64,000 nucleotides of DNA, from assembly GCF_006345805.1 (NCBI RefSeq), contig NC_042999.1:34906001-34970000 (forward strand), written 5' to 3'. The notes beneath the pieces were generated by a model. That model was given only the letters and a program-made list of their open reading frames with translations. It had not been told where the DNA came from and did not search any database. This document shows positions 11,993 through 22,860 of the stretch, piece by piece (the first letter of the stretch is position 1; each line of letters opens with the position of its first letter). A program made the translations under genes and the position numbers. Origin of the DNA: Octopus sinensis (taxonomy: Eukaryota).

Positions 11993-13544
11993 AACCGGGT
12001 GTAACAGCAAAATTGTCACACTCATAATTTTTTAAAACGTCTTGAAATCAATAAACAAATAGATTTGCAATTTTACATTTTTACCAGATAAGACGTCAGG
12101 CCATAATATACCAGTTTCTGTAAGAATCAGTAAATATCTATTGAAGTATTTAGCTAGAAATAGAACAGGCTGAAATAGCTTTATGCCAGTCAAATCATGT
12201 CTTCCCAAATTAGCAATGTTGAGAGGGCTAAGAACAAGTAGGCCTTCAGTAATGGTACCAACATTCATTATCTGGTTCCATTTGCAAAGATCATTCAAGA
12301 ACCATCACGAGAATTGTGAATAAGTTTGAAAGAGAGGAAATAGTGGGAAGGAAAACTGGATCAGGTGGTCGTAACTGCAAGAGGGATCATCATTTCAAGT
12401 TGGAGCTGAAGACATCAATTGGAAGAGATCCAGCTCAATCCTTAACACGCTTGCCACATAAGAAAGGAGTTCCAGCTATGACAATTCAAAGAGCAGTGAC
12501 AGAAGACTTGAAAATGAAGTCGTACTGAGACTTGTGAGACACCTTGTCATTCCACGACAAAATGTTAAAAGCTATAAAGGGTGAAGGTCATCTTGAACAA
12601 AGTTAGACATAATCCTAAAGTAATTTGTTACAGAGATGAGAAGAATTTCACCCAAGATACGCACATAAACTGATGCAACAACTGCGTTCTGTCTTCAGCT
12701 CCTCACAAGAGAAGTTCAAAATGTCACTTTCAGGTGCAAAATACCTGCCAAGGTGATGTCTTCCGCCTGCGTGGCCTCCGATAGCAAGAAGATACCATTG
12801 ATCATCTTTGAGAAGGCTCAGAACTGACAGGAATTTCTTATGTTCAGAATTTGAATTTGAAAGATGTAAAGACCTGGATTCTTTCTGAATATTCTGGGGC
12901 AAGAGACGGGGGAAATCCCAACAAAATCGCTAAGAACTTCAAGTATACATTCCAACAAAATGGAGCTTCTTCTTATACAAGTGTAGCGGCTCAAAATATT
13001 CTCTGGGATAGGATTGAGATCAAGTTTTAGGTTAAGGACACTTGGTCCCCTTCATCAGTTAGTTTGAACCCTTTAGACTTCAGCATCTGGAATGAACTGG
13101 TCACAAAAGCTTGTGAGAAACCCCACAGTAAGCTTCAAGCCCTCGAAAGTTCCATCCGCACGACGTAGAAAGAAGTCATTGTGGTGCAGTCCAGGAGAGA
13201 GTTGAACACGTCATTGCCAAAGGCGGAGCAACTCTTGATGCCAAACAGGTAGAATTTCGGCCAGAAACTTTGAAATAAAATGTTAAGCTTCCATTCGAAT
13301 TTTATTCCGAGCTCTGAATCCTGAGCCATGGCTAATTATAAAAATGTCTTTTTCGTTCATGATTAATTTCATCAAGATTTTTCTGGCGAAGTTGGAGAGT
13401 AATCAACATTTTTTCTTGCTCAAAGTACAGTCCAATAATTTCGGAAAAAATTATGATAATTCAATGAAGTTAACTTTTAAGCATTTCTTAGATACAATAG
13501 TTCGAAGCGGAATCTAAAATTTGGACAATTTTTCTGGTACACTC

Positions 13545-13548
<4 letters not shown>
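11993..13548 (+). mobile_element. Tc1/mariner-superfamily element, probably DD37D (maT) type, both TIRs, decayed
   Basis: TA-flanked TIRs AACCGGGTGTAACAGCAAAATTGTC / GACAATTTTTCTGGTACACTCGGTT; RDEKNFT, VMSSACVASDSKKIPLIIFE, FQQNGAS, WSPSSVSLNPLDFSIW. Confidence 0.8.
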
Positions 13549-13583
<35 letters not shown>

Positions 13584-13699
13584 AAAACAGGGTTCTTGGT
13601 TTGCCTCAGCTGCATTACAATAATGCTTCATTTCAGGACATAAGTTTCTATTGTTTTTCCTCCCGTTCTATAGATTAAATTCATAGTTTCTAAAGGAAT

Positions 13700-14350
13700 G
13701 CGTATGGTAAAGATATCGTGATTTAAATATATGCACGAAAGAGACAAGCATTATTGAAAGTAAATGTTTGCATTAAACATTTGTATACCAGGTACTTAGC
13801 TAACAACTAGAATTTACTTTATCATTACTGGGATATCTGCTTTAACAAAGCTTATTTCTTATAGCGTGTTCTATAAAAATATTTTGTGAGATATATTAGA
13901 TGAGATTCAATCAGATATACTAATCGTATTTATCTTTAAATTTCTATACAATTTGTTCTAAAGAGTGGGTTTCTCTAAATAGAGAAGATAATATATTTGC
14001 TAAAGGTGTTACTACAACTCTATTGCAGGTAAGATTATACAAGTAGATACATGTCTGTCTACTTTTACTATTTCTAATACTGTTAGCAGGTGGAATGTAG
14101 TAAAATTTTATCTCTAAATTTATTTATCACTTGGGTTTTATGAAAATGTGATTAGTAAACCGATAAAATTTACTCACACGAGGATATAATCTATCATCTA
14201 GTGAATCAATTCGAACTAAGTTCTTAATCATGTTTATAGGGTGGTGAGATAATCTATTTATATAGGTTAAAATCTCATTGGGTGTAAAAGTAGGATATAC
14301 CATTATCGTAAGACACATTTGCGCCCTGTATGCTTGTGAGTAAAAACAGT
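13700..14350 (-). pseudogene. Penelope-like element relic (RT thumb region and possibly decayed endonuclease)
   Basis: YPTFTPNEILTYINRLSHHPINMIKNL resembles the Penelope RT C-terminal RKP..YI...SNHP..IK motif. Confidence 0.5.
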
Positions 14351-14494
14351 CATACATTTATACGCAACTTACATATACACACACTCATGTGTGTGTGTAT
14401 GTACGAGTTGTGTACATATGCGTGGAAGTGTGTGTGTTTTTATACACACACACTGATATGCATACATAAATACATAGATACATAGATACATAGA

Positions 14495-14530
<36 letters not shown>

Positions 14531-14749
14531 TATATATTATATATATATATATATATACATATATATATTCATTTTGCAATATTCTTAATGTGAACTCGTT
14601 TGTTGAAACAGATACTTTATTAATAAAGCTGCAAAGATATCACAAAAACTGTTACTCAGAGTTTCACGTTCCCGTTCGTATATATGTATGTGAGTATGTA
14701 GCTATGTAACTGTGCCCGCTATAATAATATCGTCGTGCTGGTCGTTCAA

Positions 14750-14938
14750 CCAACCAAGACTCCCACACCAACACCATCAAACCTTCTTCATAATTCCAGT
14801 GGCAATAGCGAAAGTGGCCTGAATTCACACATGAGCCATTGTCCAGCTTTGATTTGCTAAACCCTCATTTGGTGAAGCAATACGTGTCCAGCTGTACGTA
14901 CGTACATACATGCATACATACATACATACATACATACA

Positions 14939-14972
<34 letters not shown>

Positions 14973-15200
14973 CATACATACATAGATGCATACATACATG
15001 TATACATACATGGTGGCTGCTTTCTTGTATACGAGCAAAGCCATTTCTAGAAAGAATCATTGAAATAAGTCGTTGATAATGCAATGTAAGACCCTTATAT
15101 GCCTCTTGAGTCTCGCCAAAGATTTGTACATAATGAACAGTTGTGCTGGCTGGCAGGTGGAAGCGGTACCAAAGTATGAAACCTTTCGACATGTTTTTAT
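14750..15200 (-). pseudogene. Highly decayed CR1-group LINE RT C-terminal fragment split by (CATA)n
   Basis: QLFIMYKSLARLK resembles the L..YKS..R..LEY motif; otherwise weak. Confidence 0.3.
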
Positions 15201-15704
15201 ATATAGTTATATTTTTATTTTTATTTTTAATTTATCTATATTTTCAAAATTTTACCTGTGTGCGACTGTGCGTGTGAGTGTGTGTGTGCGCGTGCGTTTG
15301 TGTGTGTGTGTGTGTAAATAAATAAGGGGTGGATGGTGTTCCAGTGTGTAACAAAGCCGTGGTGAAAGCTTACTATATAGGAGAAAGTAACTCTGAATTC
15401 AAATCCCTCACTTCTGTCTTGTTTTTAGCCTTTGATTGGGCAAAGACAGGAAGGAGGACACTCTGATATAACGCTTGCAACTGCAAGTGCCCCCGATGAT
15501 GTCGACTTGCACTTCATTTTTAATCATGCTTTGTAGTTTAGAGAGTGGGGTTAGCTCTGTGCGAAACTTTTCCTCACTTTAAAAGGCGTCAAGCACAGCT
15601 ATTGCTTCAAAAGAAAACGAAATGGACATCTTACATATATACATCAACACATACAAATTTACATACAATCATATATACATACATGATTGTATGTGTGTGT
15701 GTGA

Positions 15705-15719
15705 ATGTATATATATATG

Positions 15720-15801
<82 letters not shown>

Positions 15802-16242
15802 TTACATAAATATATATATATACACATATGTATACATATATGTGGGGTGGGGTTGGCCATTTTTCTCCCGTCTTCCTTTTATTTGGGATTTTTGTCTGCC
15901 GCCCCTTTCCGAAGAAGTGCTTTGCTCGAAACGTAAAACACCCTTTCTTTCCTACCATTGGCGACTGGTTAATACTTTGTATGCACAACGTTCTCGCGTT
16001 GCTGTTGATTTTCTTGTCTTTTTCTCCGTTTTTTTATTAATTATATATGTGTGTGTGTATGTATATTTATGTGTATATATATGTATATATATGTGTGTGT
16101 GTATATATATATGTATATATATATATATGTGTGTGTATATATATGTGTGTATATATATGTATGTATATATATAGGTATATATATATATATGAACGTTTAT
16201 AAACATAAATGTATACATGAATATATATATATATACTTACAT

Positions 16243-16314
<72 letters not shown>

Positions 16315-16320
16315 CACGTA
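15705..16320. repeat. (TA)n/(TG)n-rich microsatellite arrays flanking the pLTR relic
   Basis: Directly visible; source of the YIYI/CVCV pseudo-ORFs. Confidence 0.9.
15855..16040 (+). mobile_element. Penelope-like pseudo-LTR relic with hammerhead-like motif (15906-15938)
   Basis: TTT-CCGAAGA-A-GTGC-TTT-GCTC-GAAA-CG-TA-AAA. Confidence 0.5.
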
Positions 16321-16737
16321 GATATCCGTGTAGTAAGGTTATGCGAGAGTGTATGTGTATGTAAATGTTTATTTGTGTATGCCTCAAACTGACATTTTCC
16401 AATACACGAGCAAATTTAGTTTGTAATTTTGTTGAAAATTGTTAAGACATTTCTTTCGAGGAAATCAATTTGTATCCTTTATACAAATATTCATTTATAC
16501 TTTTATACAAATAAACAAATATTCATGCAAGCGCGATTTCTTTATGAAGGTGTGAAATGATTTGACTTGAAATGGTTTGAAAAGAAAATATTCATTTCTA
16601 TAGCTTTCAGGTTGTTGAATTAAAATATGAAAAGAAAATATTGGTCTTTGTCAGTATCAGTTTCTAATATAGGCACCATCTTTCCCTAGACCGGTGGAGC
16701 ACCGGATTAATTCCATTTCCGATATTCATTACATATG

Positions 16738-17120
16738 TAAGGCAGCGAGCTGGCAGAAACGTTAGCACACCGGACGAAATGCTTATCGGTATTTCGTCTA
16801 CTGCTACGTTCTGAGTTCAAATTCCGCCGAGGTCGACTTTGCCTTTCATCCTTTCGGGGTCGATTAAATAAGTACCAGTTACGCACTCGGGTCTATATAA
16901 TCGTTTGTCTGTCCTTGTTTGTCCTCTCTGTGTTTAACCCCTATGTGGGTAGTAAAGAAATAGGTATTTCGTCTGCCGTTACGTTCTGAGTTCAAATTCT
17001 GCCGAGGTCGACTTTGCCTTTCCTTTCGGGCTCAAGGAAATAAGTACCAGTTACGCACTGGGGTCGATATAATCGTCTAGACCCCTTCTCCCGAAAGTTT
17101 CAAAAGCTTGTGCCTAGAGT
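16738..17120 (+). mobile_element. SINE family A with duplicated B-box/core
   Basis: Same head and core as 2122; second B-box block from about 16960. Confidence 0.85.
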
Positions 17121-17204
17121 GGAAATAATAATAATGATGAAAATAATAATGATGATGATGATAATGATGATAATAATAAAATTAAAGTAGTGTAGGGCCA
17201 CCTT

Positions 17205-17435
17205 AATAATAAGGTGGTAGAATCATTAGCACACCGGGAAAAATTTCCCCCCAACGTCGCTTGACAAACGATGCTGGTGTGTTCACGTCCCCGTAACTTA
17301 GCGATTCGGCAAAAGATACCGATAGAATAAGAACTAGGCTTACAAAGAATAAGTCCAGGGGTCGATGTGCTCGACTAAAGGCGGTTTTCCAGCATGGCCG
17401 CAGTCAAATGACTGAAACAAGTAAAAGAATAAAAA
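17205..17435 (+). mobile_element. Chimeric SINE: family A head joined to family D tail
   Basis: AAGGTGGTAGAATCATTAGCACACCGGG followed by GCTTGACAAACGATGCTGG..GACTGAAACAAGTAAAAGA. Confidence 0.7.
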
Positions 17436-18214
17436 CATGTAATGTGATCTCTTACATTGAAAATATGTTTTGATTATTTGATATTTTCTTATAAAAAGTT
17501 GATTCAGCTACCCTTAGTTACTGCGTTCACGCACGGTTTTTTATATTTGTTGTATTTGGCGCAGGTGATTCTTTTATGGATATTGGTTATCTTTTCTCTC
17601 TTTTTTTTTCTATATATCTCAAGTGTTTATTTTTCATTTTGAAGTGTAACGCTAATAATGGAATGTTTTTTTATGTTAATATTGTATGTTTCTTATTTCA
17701 GGGTTGTGTATTGTACTGTATGATAGATGCTGTGGTGTCTTTTTTTATTTGCTTTGTTTGTTTGTATGTTTTTTCTGTCTGTATTTTTTGTGAATTTTTA
17801 TTACCGTCGCACCTTCTGTAACATTATCAAATAACAACTTTGTGTATTGTCTGACAAGTACTATTCATCATTTTAATGCATGGAGTCTTTTAACCTAAGT
17901 TTCAAAATTTGAAGCAGCTGAACATAATTTTCTTTGTAATTAAACTGTTTTTGTCTTATGTATTTTGGGTGACATGGTAAGTATTGTCTAATGTCTGTCG
18001 AGTTGTAGTTAATGTCGTCTTCGACTTTTGTGTACTTTTAAAATTAAAATATTCTGAAAGGGTTGTTGATTTTAACTGTACACCACTGTAAACTATAAAT
18101 GAGGTTGAGTAAATATTAAGCAACGTTTTGAACCATGAAGAATTTGTACCGGATTTTTGCAATTTTGAATTTTTTAAAACATTTTCTTCGCAATTGTCTG
18201 ATAATACAGACATA

Positions 18215-18644
18215 GGGATCTTTTCCTTTTGAACGGCGCTTTTTAAAATAATTTCTAGGTAGCTAAAAAAATTTTAACTTCGTATGCTGGTAGAATGTGT
18301 TTATAAAACATCTTTTTCTCTTGTCTTTATTCTGAAAATTCTATAGTTTGTAAGATATTTGTTGTTTTTTTCTTCAATTTCTGCAATTTCAACCAATCAC
18401 TGACGTCTATTGAGGTAAACAACATTCTGTGCCGTATGAATATGTCCCTCGTTTAAGAAACAGATTGGGTTTATTTAAATTTGTGAAGAAAAAAAGATAC
18501 CTTTTAACCCGCCCCTAAACTTAACCCTAACCCTAACCCTAAAATAGATTGAAATGCAATAGATCGATACTAGGGTCATAATTATGGGTGGCAATTTCAT
18601 ATGTCACCGCTAGAAAAAACTGCCGTTCAAACCGAAAAGATCCC
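18215..18644. mobile_element. MITE with 23-bp GGG-initiated TIRs and internal (TAACCC)3
   Basis: GGGATCTTTTCCTTTTGAACGGC / GCCGTTCAAACCGAAAAGATCCC; telomere-like repeats at 18522-18539; flanks AGACATA / AAACATA may be an imperfect TSD. Confidence 0.85.
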
Positions 18645-18849
18645 AAACATAGACTTGCCCAAATGCATCAATAAATTAAAATTGATATTTTTCACTTTTG
18701 TAACAATCATCTGTTTTTCTGGATATTGAATAACGTTTAGAGATCTGTAGGTGAGTTTAAATAAGTGTTGCCTGTTGCAGGGTTCATTGTTGTTGTTTTA
18801 ATTCTGTAGTCGTTGAATTGTTAATTAACGGCTTGTAATATTGTGGTTG

Positions 18850-20345
18850 TTACCCTCCCCCACGGGGGAAGAATTTGTATAAACTATAATTTGTTTACCT
18901 TGTTGTAGAGGATTAATTACCTCGTTGTAGAGGATTCAATTTGGGTGTCATTATGGCGTCAACTGTGGAAGCAGTAACTATGATCTACGTCGCTGCTGTT
19001 GGACAACAACAGGAAATCATCATTGCAAAAAACGGCGGAAATACAATTGTTGTTTGACAAAATAACAGAAGGAAACGGGGAAAGTAAATTCCCGCACCCA
19101 CTCACCCACCTGAAATAACTTCGTGCAGAAGGGAAAGAACAGTTATTTACAAAACTTTCTGTCTAAAAAATAAGAAGGTGATACGATTCGAGGAGGAAAA
19201 GATAGAATAGAAGAGAGCTTCGGGCCAGTAATGAAGGATATTGCCTTCCTGACTCGAGGTAATAAGTACGCAACAGTTCAAGTCGGCTGAAAAGGCTAAG
19301 GAATATTCTGTTCGGACCTTGCAGAACGACAAAATGACCTTGCTGCCATTATATCTGGGACGCAGAACGTCCCAGTTAAAAATCATAAATATCCCTCCTG
19401 ATGTTGATGTAGCATGGGTTGTTTCCATGCTCCTCTTCAACAGGGAGGAAAAACTGGAGGTTATCCAGGTTAAAAGATGTGTCTCCCAGAATTGGAAGAG
19501 ACAATCTTTGGAAGTCCTAGTACAAGCTTCATCTACTGATTTGGAAGAGCTTCTAGATAGATTACAGATTGCGGAGGAGTCAGCCCGAATCATCAATGTG
19601 GAAGGGAGAAAACCTCGGTGCTTCCGGTGCGAAAGGAAGGGATACCAGATAGCCGAGTGTGTACCTCCCAAGAAAAAAGTGAAATAAATTCTTCCCACCA
19701 ACGAGAAAGCAGCAAAAGTGGTAGCCCTGGCAGAGGAGGCCATTACCCAGGGGGCGACCACCAACATAGAGACCAACAACGAGAAGGTGGTAGCCTTGGC
19801 CAAGGAGGCCATTACCCAGAAGGCTACCACCAGTAATAACAAAGAGGAAATAAGCAATGAGAAGGTTGTAGCCCAGCCTAATGAGGCCATTAACCAGAGG
19901 GCTACCACCTGTAAGAAAGTAACCAAGGAGGCCATTAACCAGGGGGCTACCACCAGCAGTGAAGGAGAAAAATAAACCCCTCCCAAAAAGGTGCAAGAAA
20001 ACCCCCAAAGGTGGTCAGAAAAGCCACCGCGGAAAAAATAATAGAAAGTAAAGGGACAACCAGTGGGGGAAAACAGGAAATGGTAACAGTAGTGTTGAGA
20101 AACACCAATACTTATCTGGTGGGTGTGATTGTGCCCAACCTACAAACAAGAATCTTCTAGGGTGATGGTGAATAAAGAGTACTCACATACGCACGTTAAG
20201 AACAGCGTTGGCTCGACTAATAGAACAAATTACTCTCGCCTTGTCGAACTGCTTAAGCGATAGAGGCAGGCAGATCGATTCAGACTGGATTATCCGAGCG
20301 TTCCAACGTGGACTTGGAGTAATAACGACGGATCAATCCAGTCTT
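18850..20345 (+). mobile_element. L1/Tx1-type ORF1 element (RRM-like plus zinc knuckle plus tandem peptide repeats), disabled; no ORF2 seen
   Basis: QFKSAEKAKEYSVRTLQNDKMTLLPLYLGRR..VEGRKPRCFRCERKGYQIAEC (CX2CX4[H>Y]X4C). ORFs 19319-19687 and 19718-19975 are in one frame separated by a single TAA; frameshift near 19270. Confidence 0.7.
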
Positions 20346-20354
20346 ATATAGATA

Positions 20355-20773
20355 GAACTTGTTGATATGATTAGTGAGTCCCGGAGCTCCTGCCAACGAA
20401 TTTTGATCAAGGAATTGCGATTGAAAAGAATTGCAGCAAAATTTGTGCCAATCTTGTCACGAAAGATCAAAACCAGTCACGATTGAATGCGTGTCGTGAA
20501 CTGAAAGAAAATTTGGAAGTTGATCCGGACATTTTTTCCATACCTGGTGTTATGGAATTTTTAGATGTGGAAGGGGTGAAGAATAAACCGACGGAGATTT
20601 TAAAAAACATCACTGCACTAGAATTCCGGCACTGCTTCCAGTAGTTTACAACGCGCCTGGACCGATACATTGCTTCAAATGGAGAATTCTTTGAAGGAGA
20701 TAAAAGTGTTAACATGTAAAACTAAGTGAATAATGTGACATCGCAAATTCCCTTTTTCTTTTGGGTGCCCTCT
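20355..20773 (+). mobile_element. Internally deleted mariner transposon, 3' part
   Basis: ILIKELRLKRIAAKFVP then a jump to DVEGVKNK..CFQ*FTTRLDRYIASNGEFFEGD; right TIR-like TTTTGGGTGCCCTCTC before (TA)n. Confidence 0.75.
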
Positions 20774-20944
20774 CATATATATATCCGGTAATGACACCCC
20801 AGTCTCGCGTCACTTCCGCTCTACAGCTCATTCGCTACATCCGTGTGTGTTCGAACTGTCTCTGCATAGGGGCCATCTGGACACTTGCCTTCCCACACGT
20901 CTCCTACATCTCCCCTTCCATCCACCTACACATATGCATACCTA

Positions 20945-21110
20945 TTTCTTTACTACCCAGAATGGGATAAACACAGAGAGAACAAACAAGGGCAGACAAA
21001 CGAATTAAGTCGATTATATCGACGGAATTTGAATTCAGAACGCAGCGGCATATGAAATACCGCTAAGCATTTCGCCCGGCGTGCTAACATTTCTGCCAGC
21101 TTGCCGCCTT
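20945..21110 (-). mobile_element. SINE family A (internally deleted)
   Basis: Reverse complement of head and B-box. Confidence 0.75.
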
Positions 21111-21119
21111 ACACATATG

Positions 21120-21760
21120 CATACCGCCTATCATAGTACCCTCACCAGACACACACCACATACCATTATGCACACCCCAACACCCACAAGAGCACATAAT
21201 GCCTTAACACAGACAATATATACATTACACAGACAACATGCGTAAACATAAGCAACACCCATAGACACAGGTAACTTGCGCTCACAAACACACACCATAC
21301 GCATGCACACTCAATGGCCATAGACATACACACACATAGACACCACCTGAACAAGCACACATCAACTGCTAAACAGAAGCATTTGTACACCTACGCACGC
21401 GCACACACTCACTCACTCACACACAAACACACACACGTTAGCTTCACAGTTATACACACGCCTATACACATACTCATATATATGCACACGTCCATACGCG
21501 CGCGCACACACACACACATACACAAATACACAAAACTCACATCACTGCGCACAACACTTTACTAGGTTACCTGTACACATACACACAATACCTTTGCGCA
21601 CACATCTGATAACCGCACCATACGTACACATTGCATATGCCCACGCATATACATACATACCAATACATGTAACACATATCACTCCACATAACGCATGCAC
21701 TGGTTCACTTACACGCATACACACACACAGGTCCACATATTTTTCATCTCGCTCACACAC
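21120..21760. repeat. Cryptic (CA)-rich low-complexity region
   Basis: Degenerate CA/CAT/CGCA repeats. Confidence 0.75.
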
Positions 21761-21786
21761 ACTCACACCCATTCATATATATTTCA

Positions 21787-22000
21787 TTATTGCCCACAAG
21801 GGGTTAAACATAGAGGGGACAAACAAGGACAGACAAACGGATCAAGTCGATTACATCGACCCCAGTGCGTAACTGGTACTTTATTTATCGACTCCGAAAG
21901 GATGAAAGGCAAAGTCGACCTCGGCGGAATTTGAACTCACAACGTAACGACAGACGAAATACGGCTACGCATTTCGGCCGGCGTCCTAACGTTTCTGCCC
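21787..22000 (-). mobile_element. SINE family A
   Basis: Reverse complement of tail, core and B-box. Confidence 0.85.
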
Positions 22001-22293
22001 ACACACGCCATTCTCACATACACACGCACGTGCGAGAGCAAATTAGTTTGACCGAGTCACCGTCCATTGTCTCTCTCTCGGTCAGCCTCTTTCTTCTGGT
22101 TATTTCATGATTCTGAACCGTTACTTCCAATACAATTTTTTCAATCTTCGTTCTTTTTTTTTTTTTTCATTCCCTCTCATTTTTTCCTTAAATCCTTTCT
22201 TCCGAACATAGGCTCGAAACGTAGAAGGCGTTTCCATTCTTCCCGAGCGTTAAACAAATCTGTCTTCATATTTTGTTTTCTGTAAATTTGAAC

Positions 22294-22338
<45 letters not shown>

Positions 22339-22422
22339 AATTTATAAATAAGGATAATATCGATATTATCACGTGGCCAGCATGGGAATAAATACCATAC
22401 AAAGGTAATATTTTTTTACAAC

Positions 22423-22537
22423 TATAAATAAGGGTATCTGAGAGACACCCTTATGCCGAAATAGCAGTCAAACCTAGGTGATTTTTAGAGTCAGGGTTTG
22501 ACTGCTATTTCGGCATGTTGGTGTCTCTCAGATACCC

Positions 22538-22546
<9 letters not shown>
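22423..22546. repeat. Near-perfect palindrome (52-bp arms, 20-nt spacer)
   Basis: TATAAATAAGGGTATCTGAGAGACACCCTTATGCCGAAATAGCAGTCAAACC versus its reverse complement at 22495-22546, with 3 mismatches. Confidence 0.95.
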
Positions 22547-22610
<64 letters not shown>

Positions 22611-22716
22611 GCAGGTATTTGTCTGTGTGTGTGTGTAAAGGCATATATATATATATACCCCATATTAAAATAAATTTGTTTGAAATTTTAACAGTGTTTC
22701 CCCTGTATACGTATGT

Positions 22717-22860
22717 ATGTATATCGGGCTTCTTTCAGTTTCCGTTTATCAAATCCCTCCCGAAGTTTTGGTCGGCCCAAGGTGCCATACGATGGAACTG
22801 AACCCGGATCCATGTGGTTGGGAAGCAAAATTCTTACCACACACCTACGTCTGCGGTTAA
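22717..22860 (-). mobile_element. SINE family D, 5' half
   Basis: Reverse complement of the 8449 element. Confidence 0.8.

Noticed and set aside
14590-14680. Partial hammerhead (ACG-GGAA-CGT-GAAA, minus) in a pLTR-like fragment
   Set aside because: The CTGANGA half of the core is truncated, so it cannot be functional.
15545-16402. ORFs rich in YI/CV/HT/MYVC (also near 8306, 11016, 21166, 37229, 38219, 56379, 60054)
   Set aside because: Translations of (TA)n, (TG)n, (CA)n and (TATG)n microsatellites; not protein-coding evidence.
19147-19986. 279-aa minus-strand ORF
   Set aside because: Antisense shadow of the purine-rich ORF1 repeats on the plus strand, which carries the recognisable motifs.
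22441-22470. CTGAGAG...GAAA inside the palindrome arm as a hammerhead
   Set aside because: Core is not CTGANGA and stem II does not pair.
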